From Planctomycetota bacterium (GTDB lineage Bacteria; Planctomycetota; Planctomycetia; Planctomycetales; Planctomycetaceae), in contig JANNGQ010001329.1 of the NCBI GenBank assembly GCA_031403975.1, positions 1 through 24,444 of the forward strand: DNA of 24,444 nucleotides, written 5' to 3'. This document shows positions 1 through 8,537 of this stretch, piece after piece (within the stretch, counting starts at the first letter, position 1; each line of letters begins with the position of its first letter). The translations under genes and the position numbers were made by a program. Below the pieces are notes generated by a model. That model was given only the letters and a program-made list of their open reading frames with translations, did no database searches and was not told the DNA's origin.

Positions 1-2
1 AG

Positions 3-1025
3 CAACGCAGCCCGTGCCGCTTCACGTGTCGGATAACGACGCTCACATAACACCTCGCCGACACGTGCGTATTTATCCAAGGCAATATTATCCGGTTCAC
101 GCGCCAACATCGCTTCGATATTGATCTGCGTCGCGGCGGCGACCAAGCTCCCACACACAACACCATGTGGTATCGGATAAAAGGCCCCCAACGGTGAGGC
201 AAGGCCATGTACCGAACCCAAGCCGGTCTGTGCCAGGGTAATCCCGGATAACAACGCCGCATAGGCCATTTTTTCCTGCGCCGCGCCAGCGGTGGCGCCA
301 TCCCGATACCACGGTAACAGACCATCGCGTACGGCACGTAACCCGCTAATCACCAATGCGTCGGTGAAAACATTGGCACCGGTGGACACATAGGATTCCA
401 ACAATTGGGTGAGTGCATCCATGCCATTGGCGGCAATCAATGGCTGGCTGCACGACGCCAATAAATTGGGATCAACCACCGCATATTCCGCCACTAGCTT
501 GTCATGTCGAAACGATTTTTTAAACCCAGCAGGGCCCTGTACGCTCAATACCGCATTCTTGGTGGCCTCACTGCCGGTGCCAGCAGTAGTAGGCACCGCA
601 ATAAAGGGTACGCTCGGTCCGCTATACACCAACTGCGGGCCCACCCCCTCCAGATAATCCATCACACTGCGCTGCACTCGCAACAGCCCTGCCACCGCTT
701 TGGCTGCATCCAAGACACTACCGCCACCAATACCGATCACCACATCGATGACCTGTGGCGAAAATTCACGAACCGTATCATCCACCCACTGCGGAGAAGG
801 TTCGCCTGTTACGGTACAGTGCAGCCAATCCAGCTGATGTTGCGCCATTTGTTGCTGCAATTCAGGCCAATAGATACTGGTTTGCAGTGATCGATGACCT
901 GTCACCAGTAACACCTGCTTACCATAACCCGCCGCTAAACCGCCTAATTTATGGAATACACCGCAACCAAATTCGATGCGTGGCAGACGTGCCAGCGAAA
1001 ATGCCGTGTAGTTATGCATTGTCAT
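3..1025 (-). CDS. Iron-containing alcohol dehydrogenase family protein (partial; 3' end runs off the left edge of the window)
   Basis: Manual translation of the minus strand from ATG at 1025 (preceded by AAGGGTG) gives MTMHNYTAFSLARLPRIEFGCG..., with VIGIGGGSVLDAAKAVAGLL, AVPTTAGTGSEATKNAV, GMDALTQLLESY and GLGSVHGLASPLG..IPHG. These are Fe-ADH family motifs. It is absent from the ORF track, probably because its stop codon lies outside the window. Confidence 0.9.
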   Translation of the reverse strand, partial: MTMHNYTAFSLARLPRIEFGCGVFHKLGGLAAGYGKQVLLVTGHRSLQTSIYWPELQQQMAQHQLDWLHCTVTGEPSPQWVDDTVREFSPQVIDVVIGIGGGSVLDAAKAVAGLLRVQRSVMDYLEGVGPQLVYSGPSVPFIAVPTTAGTGSEATKNAVLSVQGPAGFKKSFRHDKLVAEYAVVDPNLLASCSQPLIAANGMDALTQLLESYVSTGANVFTDALVISGLRAVRDGLLPWYRDGATAGAAQEKMAYAALLSGITLAQTGLGSVHGLASPLGAFYPIPHGVVCGSLVAAATQINIEAMLAREPDNIALDKYARVGEVLCERRYPTREAARAAL

Positions 1026-1477
1026 TGTTGATATCACCCTTCATCTGGCCTACCCTAGCGCACTGCGCCATTTCGTTCAAATCTTGAATAGCACAGTATA
1101 GTGATGCAAAAATGCTTCTCCTGGTGTCAATTTTATGCATAAAAGTAAACCTTAGATCGGCCTTGAATCGCCCTCGCTTGTGTGTGGTCGTGAGTCGTCC
1201 ATTCGAATTTCAATATCATCCGGCGCCGTTGTGATAGTTTCGTGATTTATAGGGTGCATCCCTTGATACATTGCCAACAGATTTTGCAATGTTTTACAAA
1301 TTTCGTGTTCCACAAGCTGCGGTTTATTGCTACTTTGAAACAGTGCATGGTTTACCACAAATCACCCGGAATGATAACGGCTTCACAAAAACGCAAAGTT
1401 TGAAGCCGTAAACAGGTAGTAAACCGACAAAAATGTATAATCTCACCGCTGAGTGAGCTAACCGAGGTAAATAAAGT

Positions 1478-1942
1478 ATGGAACGACTGTCGCTACGAAG
1501 TTTGTTTACCAAGCGTCCTGGTCAGGAACGACGTCTTAAACAGCGTCAACCGAAAACCCGGGTGGTCAAAATCCTGGTAGTTGACGACTCTCGGACCGTC
1601 GTACACAGCCTACGCACTATACTGGAACAAGACGGTTACCGTGTCATGGAGGCCTATGACGGTATGTCTGCAATTGAGCTGGCCAAGGCCCATCGCCCCG
1701 ATTTAATCCTTATGGACGTGATCATGCCTGGCTTAAACGGCTTTCAGGCAACCCGGAAAATCCGCAAAGACCCCGGCACCCATGCCATACCCATCGTGAT
1801 CATCAGCGCCACTGAGCAACCCACCGAGCAATTCTGGCTAACCAAGCTGGGGGCAAACGATTTTATCAGTAAGCCCGTGGTCCGTAGTGAACTGTTCATT
1901 AAGGTTGAGAATCTGCTGCACCCGCGTCGCGTGGTGGCGTGA
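1478..1942 (+). CDS. Single-domain (CheY-like) response regulator, PilH-like, with a short basic N-terminal extension
   Basis: Receiver motifs ILVVDDS, LILMDVIMPGLNGFQATR and FISKP. GFQATR..KDP.T..IP is PilH-like. GAGGT RBS at 1464-1468. Confidence 0.9.
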   Translation: MERLSLRSLFTKRPGQERRLKQRQPKTRVVKILVVDDSRTVVHSLRTILEQDGYRVMEAYDGMSAIELAKAHRPDLILMDVIMPGLNGFQATRKIRKDPGTHAIPIVIISATEQPTEQFWLTKLGANDFISKPVVRSELFIKVENLLHPRRVVA

Positions 1943-1998
1943 GATATACTTGTCACAGTGTGAATAATTATCCGTAGCCGACCCTGACACCCCTGGTA

Positions 1999-2538
1999 TT
2001 ACAGCTTGTGTGGCAACGCCAGATAATCCCGCGTATTCATTTCAATTAACCGGCTCACGGTGCGATCAAAAACTCCGGCCAAGTGGCGACCGTGATATAG
2101 ACCCTGCGGTGGAGCTTCAGCCGTGGCAACCAGTTTTACATGGTGATCATAAAATGCGTCGATCATATGCATAAAACGTTTTGCCGCACTCTCATGCGCC
2201 TCGCCCATTTTTGGAATGGCAGAAACCAGCACGGTATGATAATTCCTGGCCAGCTCCAGATAGTCTTGCGCGGCACGATGCGTATTACATATTTCATTAA
2301 AATCAAACCACACCACGTCATCCGATTGTGCACACGCATGTACGGTGCGGCCATTAATCTCCAAGGCACAATTCCGTTCAATGCGCGTTGGAGCAAGTTC
2401 AGCTAACCGCGCCTCCATCAAGCTATACATAGCCCCATCCACCGCAACCATGAAGGTTTCGCCTTTTTCCAAATGCACCAATCGATAATCGGTACCTTTG
2501 TGCAGATTGATCTCACGGGTGTGTTGTTTGAGCCGATT
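1999..2538 (-). CDS. zapE: Cell division ATPase ZapE (AFG1 family), C-terminal part only; the N-terminal Walker A half is missing at the junction
   Basis: LKQHTREINLHKGTDYRL, VVWFDFNEIC...AQDYLELARNYHTVLVSAIP, AKRFMHMIDAFYDHHVKL and FDRTVSRLIEM match the ZapE C-terminal half. Residues upstream of about 2538 in this frame do not resemble ZapE. Confidence 0.88.
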   Translation of the reverse strand, partial: NRLKQHTREINLHKGTDYRLVHLEKGETFMVAVDGAMYSLMEARLAELAPTRIERNCALEINGRTVHACAQSDDVVWFDFNEICNTHRAAQDYLELARNYHTVLVSAIPKMGEAHESAAKRFMHMIDAFYDHHVKLVATAEAPPQGLYHGRHLAGVFDRTVSRLIEMNTRDYLALPHKL

Positions 2539-2547
2539 CCGATCGGA
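2530..2547. other. Probable chimeric junction between gammaproteobacterial-type DNA (left) and planctomycete DNA (right)
   Basis: zapE (minus) and the DUF1559 gene (plus) both lose their 5' parts here. Spot GC counts on single 60-nt coding lines: 30/60 (line 1501) and 31/60 (line 2041) versus 38/60 (line 3121). Gene families switch lineage across this point. Confidence 0.8.
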
Positions 2548-3873
2548 TTTGCTCCCGTCGCCGCGGTCAGTGTGAAGGACAAGGGCATTCTGATTTCGGG
2601 ACTTGGAAAACTGATGGAGGTCGTCCAGCGCGAAGCCGGCAATGACCATTTCACGGTGCGGCAGACAAACAAGGATGGTCGGGAGTATTTTTCGTTCAAT
2701 CTGTCCGGGATGCCTTTTGTCCCGACCATCATGGTCACAGACAAGTGGCTGGTCGCGAGCCTGACTCCGGCATCGGTGCAGTCTTTCGCTCAGCGTGAAA
2801 ATGGAAAGTTGCCCGCATGGAAACCGGTCGATCAGGTCGCTGAGGCACTGAAGGAACTGCCGCAGGAATTTTCGTCGATCACGGTCACGGACCCGGCACC
2901 CGGGTATCAGCAGATACTGCTGTGGGCTCCGATGGGGATGAATCTGTTGCAGCAGGAGGTCCTGCCGACTCTGTCCGGCGGTTCAATGCAGATGCCGTTC
3001 GCAGCGGAAGACCTCCCGGCTGTTGAACTGGTGACAGAACCGATGTTCCCGAACGTCTCTGTCGGCTTCAGCACGAAGAACGGCATCGGGTCGACGTCAA
3101 GGCAATCGGTGCCTTCCAATCCGTTTGGAGCGGTTTCCTCCGGCGTTGCCGTTCCTGTGCTGATCGCACTGCTGCTTCCCGCGGTCCAGCAGGCACGCGA
3201 AGCCGCAAGGAGGACTCAGTCAAAGAACAATCTGAAGCAGATGGCTTTGGCAATGCACAACTATCACGACACGTACAATTCATTCCCCCGAGGAACGGTG
3301 GAGAATGACGATCTCGAACCGGACGAACGGCTGAGCTGGTGTTACTCACTGCTGCCGTTCATGGAGCAGAACAACCTTTACAATCGTATCGACAAGGACA
3401 GCGGCTGGGAGACGGATGCGAACGCTGAGGCCCGTGCGATGGCGGTTGTACTGTTCCATAATCCAAGCCAGTCAGGGCAGAGAACGAATCCCTCGTCTGG
3501 AGACTATGTCGGCATTGCCGGAATCGGTCCCGACGCCGCCAGTCTGGAGAACGATGATCCCAAGGCCGGTATTTTTGGCTACGATCGACAGTCTGGGATC
3601 CGAGACATTACCGACGGTACGTCGAATACGCTGATGATCGGAGATGCTTCGGAACCCAATGTGTCCTACCTGGCTGGCGGAAAGGCGACGATCCGCGGAT
3701 TCAGTGAGAGCCCCTATCTGAACGGCCCGGATGGAATCGGCTCGCCGCATACCGGAGTTGTCCAGTTTGCGCTCGCGGACGGTTCCGTACGGGCGATTTC
3801 TGTCAACATCGACGAAGGCGTGCTCGAATCTCTCGCCACGAAAGCCGGCGGTGAGCCAGTCGGAGAGTTTTGA
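2539..3873 (+). CDS. DUF1559 (SBP_bac_10 / H-X9-DG) domain protein with an upstream soluble domain; 5'-truncated
   Basis: VLIALLLPAVQQAREAARRTQSKNNLKQMALAMHNYHD, ITDGTSNT and HTGVVQFALADGSV (H-X9-DG) are planctomycete DUF1559 hallmarks. The ORF-track start at 2473 lies within zapE-derived sequence and is likely spurious. Confidence 0.88.
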   Translation, partial: PIGFAPVAAVSVKDKGILISGLGKLMEVVQREAGNDHFTVRQTNKDGREYFSFNLSGMPFVPTIMVTDKWLVASLTPASVQSFAQRENGKLPAWKPVDQVAEALKELPQEFSSITVTDPAPGYQQILLWAPMGMNLLQQEVLPTLSGGSMQMPFAAEDLPAVELVTEPMFPNVSVGFSTKNGIGSTSRQSVPSNPFGAVSSGVAVPVLIALLLPAVQQAREAARRTQSKNNLKQMALAMHNYHDTYNSFPRGTVENDDLEPDERLSWCYSLLPFMEQNNLYNRIDKDSGWETDANAEARAMAVVLFHNPSQSGQRTNPSSGDYVGIAGIGPDAASLENDDPKAGIFGYDRQSGIRDITDGTSNTLMIGDASEPNVSYLAGGKATIRGFSESPYLNGPDGIGSPHTGVVQFALADGSVRAISVNIDEGVLESLATKAGGEPVGEF

Positions 3874-3879
3874 CGTTCT

Positions 3880-4143
3880 GTAGCTTGGGCACATCTTGCC
3901 CGAGCGATTCGCAGCTCATGTGGTCGGATAGAATCCGCTGATGCGCGTCGGCGGTTACCGGAATCGCGCGGCCCGGATGGGCAACGCAGTGAAGGAGTTT
4001 TGTAGCCGGATTCGTGAGAATTCGGGGTGAGCGGGTGACTCCGAAGTCTCACGACTCCAGCTACAAACCCACTCCCTTATGTTTCATTGCGACAAATCCT
4101 TCACGGTGTAGCCGGATGGGCTCGGGCTACGGTTGCCAGCTAC
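3880..4143. repeat. Cluster of GTAG-type REP-like palindromes between convergent genes; core REP doublet at 4002-4064
   Basis: GTAGCTTGGGC-ACATCTT-GCCCGAG at 3880; GTAGCCGGATTCGTGAGAATTCGG...CCGAAGTCTCACGACTCCAGCTAC at 4002-4064; GTAGCC...GGCTAC at 4108-4130; further GCTAC ending at 4143. Confidence 0.75.
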
Positions 4144-5390
4144 GGCTGAGTACCAACGCCGTCATTCAACCTGTAGAGGTGTTCGCCAGCTTTGCGGACC
4201 AGCAGTACTCCTTCGTGTTGACGATTGGCGAATGATTCCACATCGATTGAATCCGGATCGCGATAGCCGAGGTTGATGCGTTCACACACTTCGCGGGGAA
4301 TCCGGGAGGCAACTGTCACCTGCACTCGAGGCTGCTCAATACCGTTGTCAAACGTGCCGGTGCCGCGGACGTGGGTGGAATGTGCCAGGACGCCCCATGG
4401 AATGTGTCTGAATCGATCCCATTGCTTTGTGAAGTAGTCACGAACGTGGTAACCGATGCGTTCGATGTTCCCGCCGTGCGTGACCGAGATCTCATTCATG
4501 TGCGGCGCATAGATGATCAGTTCGCCGCCGTCGGTGACGACTGGCTCCAGTTTGTACATGCACTTGCCGGCGACCCACAATTCGTCGTACATCTCGGGTG
4601 CACACGACAGCACTTGACGATACGATCGCGGATGCCGCCGGATGTGGACATGACCGGACAGTTCGGACGCGCCTCGCCATGCCTCTTCCGGAGTTCCGTA
4701 AAACATACCGTACGGTGCTGCATCTGCTGCAACGACAAATGCCAGACAACGGCGCTCGACCGGAATCAGCTTCGCAGCGTGGTCGACGACGCGCCGGACC
4801 GGGGTATCCTGCACACCGATGATTCCGACGTTGGTGATCAGTGCTCCCAGCCAGTGAAAGAAGTTCAGCAGTTCCGGCCCGGAGATGCCGGGAAAGAAGT
4901 ACTTGTTGCCCCCGCTGAAACCGACGACTTCATGAGGGAACACGGGCCCGACAACCAGCGCTGTATCGTATTCCAGAATTCGACGATTGATCCGTACGGG
5001 AACTTCGAGCGACAGGGCTCCGTCGGAGATTTCGCTGGTTTCCCTCTCCGTCAGCGTCCCGATCGTGGTGAGTGCCGCGGGATTATCCCATTCGTGGTTG
5101 AACAGACCGACATCGTTGCACGGATCATCTGCCGCGATACCCAGCATCGCCCGGATTTTCTCCGGCGGCATAGCGGGATGAGTCCCCAGTGCGACGAGCA
5201 CATCGAGCGACTTTGTGACCGGACGCAGCATCGACCGCAGGGCCGGAAACAACACGGGCAGCGGTGCAGTGCGGGTACTATCAGGGACAATCATGAGGAC
5301 TCGCCGGTTGCGAAAATCCTCAGTCAGTACATGCTGCTGCAGCCAGTTCCGCATGTCGTCGGCGTTGAGTGTGGGGAGCGGCGAAATCAT
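4140..5390 (-). CDS. Lactate racemase LarA-family (DUF2088) nickel-pincer-dependent racemase/epimerase homolog, 416 aa
   Basis: PDSTRT, VALGTH, FNHEWD, GPVFPHEVVGFSGGNKYFFPG and a downstream His match LarA-family motifs. Start set to the ATG at 5390 (MISPLPTL) rather than 5603; the substrate cannot be assigned. Confidence 0.85.
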   Translation of the reverse strand: MISPLPTLNADDMRNWLQQHVLTEDFRNRRVLMIVPDSTRTAPLPVLFPALRSMLRPVTKSLDVLVALGTHPAMPPEKIRAMLGIAADDPCNDVGLFNHEWDNPAALTTIGTLTERETSEISDGALSLEVPVRINRRILEYDTALVVGPVFPHEVVGFSGGNKYFFPGISGPELLNFFHWLGALITNVGIIGVQDTPVRRVVDHAAKLIPVERRCLAFVVAADAAPYGMFYGTPEEAWRGASELSGHVHIRRHPRSYRQVLSCAPEMYDELWVAGKCMYKLEPVVTDGGELIIYAPHMNEISVTHGGNIERIGYHVRDYFTKQWDRFRHIPWGVLAHSTHVRGTGTFDNGIEQPRVQVTVASRIPREVCERINLGYRDPDSIDVESFANRQHEGVLLVRKAGEHLYRLNDGVGTQP

Positions 5391-5741
5391 AAACTGTGTT
5401 CGAAAGACAGGGCCTGGAGGCTTGTCGCCGAGCGCAGAACAAGCGGGCCGCCGGTTTAGTTTTCCGCAGAATCCCCAGGGGAGCCGCCCGAACTGCGAGC
5501 CGTCCTGCGAAACAGGATTGAATCGAGTTTGCGGAATCATGCAAGTGTTTCGGCCTGTGATGTACTCTCTGAGCCCGATTACGGCCAGACTACCGGCATT
5601 CAATTTGCGGCCTGTCCGGCATTCAGAGAATTCCGCCCAATTGGCAGCACTGCGACCCGGTCGGTTGCCGTCCGACCGGCGGGGACTCTCCTGAACAATC
5701 GCGTCTGTCTCTGAATCCTCTTCTGTTCAACGCTCCAATCC

Positions 5742-6650
5742 ATGTCAAAAAGAGATTTCTACGAAGTCCTTGGCGTTTCCCGCTCCGCTTCGCAGGCTGA
5801 AATCCGCAAGGCTTACAAAAAGCTGGCGAAGAAGTTCCATCCGGATGTGAAGCCGGCAGACTCGGATGCTGAGCAGAAATTCTCTGAGATGACCGAGGCC
5901 TATGAAGTGCTCGGCGATGACGAGAAGCGTAAGAAATACGACCAGTTCGGCCACGACTTCAAAGGTGCCGGCTCGAGTGGCAATCCGTTTCAGGGGGGCG
6001 GCGGCGCTTCATTCGATCTGGATGACATTCTTGGCGGAATGTTCGGCGGCGGCAAGAATCCGTTCGGAGGTGGTCGCCGCGGTCAGCCACGGGCACAGAA
6101 GGGCCAGGACGCAACGGCTGAAATCACAGTGCCGTTTATCGTGGCCGTTGACGGCGGGGAACACTCTCTGAATGTCCAGTATGGTTCAAAGAACGAACGT
6201 CTGAATCTCAAGGTTCCGGCGGGGATTGAGGACGGCCAGAGTATCCGCCTTTCCGGACAGGGCCATCCGGGAAGCGGAGGAGGCACGGCCGGTGATCTCC
6301 TGGTGACTGTCCGGGTCGCACGGCATCCGTGGTTCCGACGCGAGGGTCAGAGCCTGCTGGTGGAAGTGCCGGTTACTCCCGCAGAAGCAGCGATGGGCGC
6401 CAAAGTCGATGTTCCGACTCTGAGCGAAGGCACGGTCGTTCTGAGTGTTCCCCCGGGAACTTCCAGCGGTGCAAAGCTGAGACTGCGAGGCAAGGGAGTC
6501 CGCAACACGAGGACTGCCGAGCGTGGTGATCAGTTCGTCGTGCTGAAGATCGTCGTCCCGAAAGAGATGACTGACGAAGTCCGGGAGGTGTACCTGCGAT
6601 TGGCCGAAATTTGTCCGGCAAACCCCCGAGCAGGACTTTGGGGTCAATGA
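5742..6650 (+). CDS. Class B J-domain protein (DnaJ/CbpA-like; J domain, G/F region and C-terminal domain, no zinc finger)
   Basis: [26 protein letters not shown] domain, G/F-rich linker, DnaJ_C ([18 protein letters not shown]...GDLLV), no CxxCxGxG repeats. Confidence 0.92.
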   Translation: MSKRDFYEVLGVSRSASQAEIRKAYKKLAKKFHPDVKPADSDAEQKFSEMTEAYEVLGDDEKRKKYDQFGHDFKGAGSSGNPFQGGGGASFDLDDILGGMFGGGKNPFGGGRRGQPRAQKGQDATAEITVPFIVAVDGGEHSLNVQYGSKNERLNLKVPAGIEDGQSIRLSGQGHPGSGGGTAGDLLVTVRVARHPWFRREGQSLLVEVPVTPAEAAMGAKVDVPTLSEGTVVLSVPPGTSSGAKLRLRGKGVRNTRTAERGDQFVVLKIVVPKEMTDEVREVYLRLAEICPANPRAGLWGQ

Positions 6651-6675
6651 CCGATGTTTCACCGGCAACGAGCGT

Positions 6676-7593
6676 TCACTGTCGGCGTCCAGCCGCATCG
6701 TCCGGCTGCCCGAACGCAGCGGCACGTTCCCTCGGCGCTTGCGTGATCTGAAGCTGAGTCACATGGGCCTGCAGGTCATTGAAGTAGCCGGGGACGGCGG
6801 ATTCCAGAGAGGTCAGCATCCGGCGCGGTGTCTTAGTGCCCTGCAGATCTTCGAGGTAATTCAGAAGGACCGTGGATGCCTCGTCGGAACTGTTCAGCAT
6901 AAAATGCACCCAGGCCCAGCATTCAGCGTAGTCGCGCTGAGTCAGGTCGCGGAAGTCGCTGATCATTTCCAGGCGGTAAAGATTAGGATTCCAGTTCTCC
7001 GACTTTGCCTGGCGCAATTCACGCAGATGTGCCGCGTGAGCAGCTCCGGCCGTTGAGGCACTCACTTCGAAATACTCAGCCAGACCCTCGTCCAGCCACA
7101 GCGGGACGGACTGCAGTGTGGCATGCAGCAGCCCGTGAGTGAACTCGTGCCGCAGGTCTTCCATCACCTGCGGACCGATGAACGAGTACACAGCCAGTTC
7201 GCGATTCGTGCCCACAAAATAGGCTCGCCGCGGCGGCAGGTCGCGCCAGGTTGTGTGCATGTAGAAACGATAGGACGCTTCATCACTGAAGAGGTAGACA
7301 CTGACGGGATCGCGCTGTTCCGGCAGTCGCAGTGAATCAAACACCTGAGCGTGCAGAGTCTCCAGTTCCTCGACCAGCACGTTGTCCCGCTCAAGGCGCA
7401 CATCGCTCTGAATTATGAAGTGCTTTGTCGTCACTGTGTGGTGCGAAGGTCGCTCAGTGGAAAACGTTGTCCTGGGTGTTGCCTGGCAACCGGACAATAA
7501 CAGTCCCGTCAGCAGAATCAGTGAATCGACCAGAACTGGCCGAACGGCGTGTGCAGCGGGAGCGCGGCTGCAACGACCGTACTTCACAGGCAT
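6676..7593 (-). CDS. DUF1570 domain putative zinc metallopeptidase-like lipoprotein
   Basis: HEFTH followed by PLWLDEGLAEYFE (DUF1570-type); hydrophobic stretch ending in lipobox LSGC. Start uncertain (ATG 7593 or TTG 7656). Confidence 0.75.
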   Translation of the reverse strand: MPVKYGRCSRAPAAHAVRPVLVDSLILLTGLLLSGCQATPRTTFSTERPSHHTVTTKHFIIQSDVRLERDNVLVEELETLHAQVFDSLRLPEQRDPVSVYLFSDEASYRFYMHTTWRDLPPRRAYFVGTNRELAVYSFIGPQVMEDLRHEFTHGLLHATLQSVPLWLDEGLAEYFEVSASTAGAAHAAHLRELRQAKSENWNPNLYRLEMISDFRDLTQRDYAECWAWVHFMLNSSDEASTVLLNYLEDLQGTKTPRRMLTSLESAVPGYFNDLQAHVTQLQITQAPRERAAAFGQPDDAAGRRQ

Positions 7594-8051
7594 TGCCCGA
7601 ACGGAAATGTTCGGGACACCACGCTCTGCCTTCGTTGTGAAAACGGCGTCTTGCAAGGACTTTGGCCGATGGGATTGTGAGGTGGGAAGATTTGACCTCG
7701 GGTCGAGCAGTCGTTGGCATCGGACCGCGTCTATAGGTGGATCGTGTCCCCGAGGAGCGGGGGAATCGTCACAGGAACGGTTGATTCTGGCAAGACTGAT
7801 CTGCCCCGTACCGGACTTCCGCAGTTAATCAGTTGACCGCATAACTCGTTGAAGCAGCTACTGTTACGAAACATCGGTCAGAGCCCCGGCGACAGCAGAG
7901 ACCGACGCAGACAAGGGGGGCTGATCAGAATGTCGGCTCAACGATTGCAGGTGAGTTTCACAGCCGTATGATCCTGCGGCAACGCGGTCAACGTTCTGGA
8001 TCGCATTCTGCTGCCACTATGAGATCCCGCATCGGAAGGACCGTCTTTTCC

Positions 8052-8414
8052 ATGGCTGACCCGTCCCGCAATGTTCTTGAGACCTTTGAAAACCCCTTCC
8101 CGCAGCGCAACTTTGTGATCGAGACAATCGCTCCGGAATTCACTTCGATGTGCCCCAAAACAGGACAACCTGACTTCGGAACGCTGACGATTACCTACAT
8201 CGCCGACAAGGCCTGCTACGAACTCAAGTCGCTGAAACTGTATCTCCAGCAGTACCGCAATCATGGCGCCTTTTATGAACGAGTGACCAACATGATCCTG
8301 GATGACCTTGCTGCAGTGACACAGCCGCGCTGGATGAAGGTTGAAGCGGCCTTCACGCCCCGCGGCGGCATCCGCACAACTGTCATCGCGGAACACGGAA
8401 ATCGCCCGCAGTGA
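8052..8414 (+). CDS. queF: NADPH-dependent 7-cyano-7-deazaguanine (preQ0) reductase, short unimodular type, 120 aa
   Basis: [15 protein letters not shown] catalytic Cys motif, ELKSLKLYL QueF motif, FTPRGGI. GAAGGA RBS-like sequence before the ATG at 8052. Confidence 0.95.
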   Translation: MADPSRNVLETFENPFPQRNFVIETIAPEFTSMCPKTGQPDFGTLTITYIADKACYELKSLKLYLQQYRNHGAFYERVTNMILDDLAAVTQPRWMKVEAAFTPRGGIRTTVIAEHGNRPQ

Positions 8415-8450
8415 CGGGAACCGGGACCGGGACGAGCGGCAACAGGAAAC

Positions 8451-8499
8451 ACAGCCGGAGTCGTGAGACTTCGGACTGAAGTCTCACGACTTCAGCTAC
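8451..8499. repeat. GTAG-type REP doublet (loop-deleted copy of the 4002 family)
   Basis: ACAGCCGGAGTCGTGAGACTTCGG-ACTGAAGTCTCACGACTTCAGCTAC, an inverted pair closely matching the 4002-4064 arms. Confidence 0.8.
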
Positions 8500-8509
8500 G
8501 GGAGGGTTC

Positions 8510-8534
8510 GAGAAATCCGACCATTCGTGTCGGA
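8510..8534 (-). terminator. Possible intrinsic terminator after the PSCyt1-WD40 gene
   Basis: Minus strand TCCGAC-ACGAATG-GTCGGA followed by TTTCT, 3 nt after the TAG stop. The stem is short and the U-tract weak. Confidence 0.35.
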
Positions 8535-8537
8535 GGA

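Noticed and set aside
97-1087. ORF-track entries 97..312, 409..657, 504..890 and 755..1087
   Set aside because: Alternative-frame or antisense shadows of the Fe-ADH gene, which has clear family motifs in another frame.
1152-1358. 68-aa minus-strand ORF between Fe-ADH and the response regulator
   Set aside because: GTG start with no convincing RBS and no recognisable motif in an AT-rich intergenic region. It cannot be excluded but is not supportable.
1953-1963. TCACA-G-TGTGA palindrome between the convergent response regulator and zapE
   Set aside because: Half-sites resemble CRP but orientation and spacing are wrong; too short for a terminator.
1999-2649. The 216-aa ORF as a novel short ZapE with its own start at 2649
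   Set aside because: The first ~37 residues are the antisense reading of the planctomycete DUF1559 gene, an artefact of the junction.
5391-5741. CIRCE (HrcA) heat-shock operator upstream of the dnaJ-like gene
   Set aside because: TTGGCAGCAC...TTGCC is only vaguely similar; there is no TTAGCACTC-N9-GAGTGCTAA with correct spacing.
7830-8051. preQ1 riboswitch upstream of queF
   Set aside because: No preQ1-I stem with the conserved loop and A-rich tail could be recognised. An Infernal search would be decisive.
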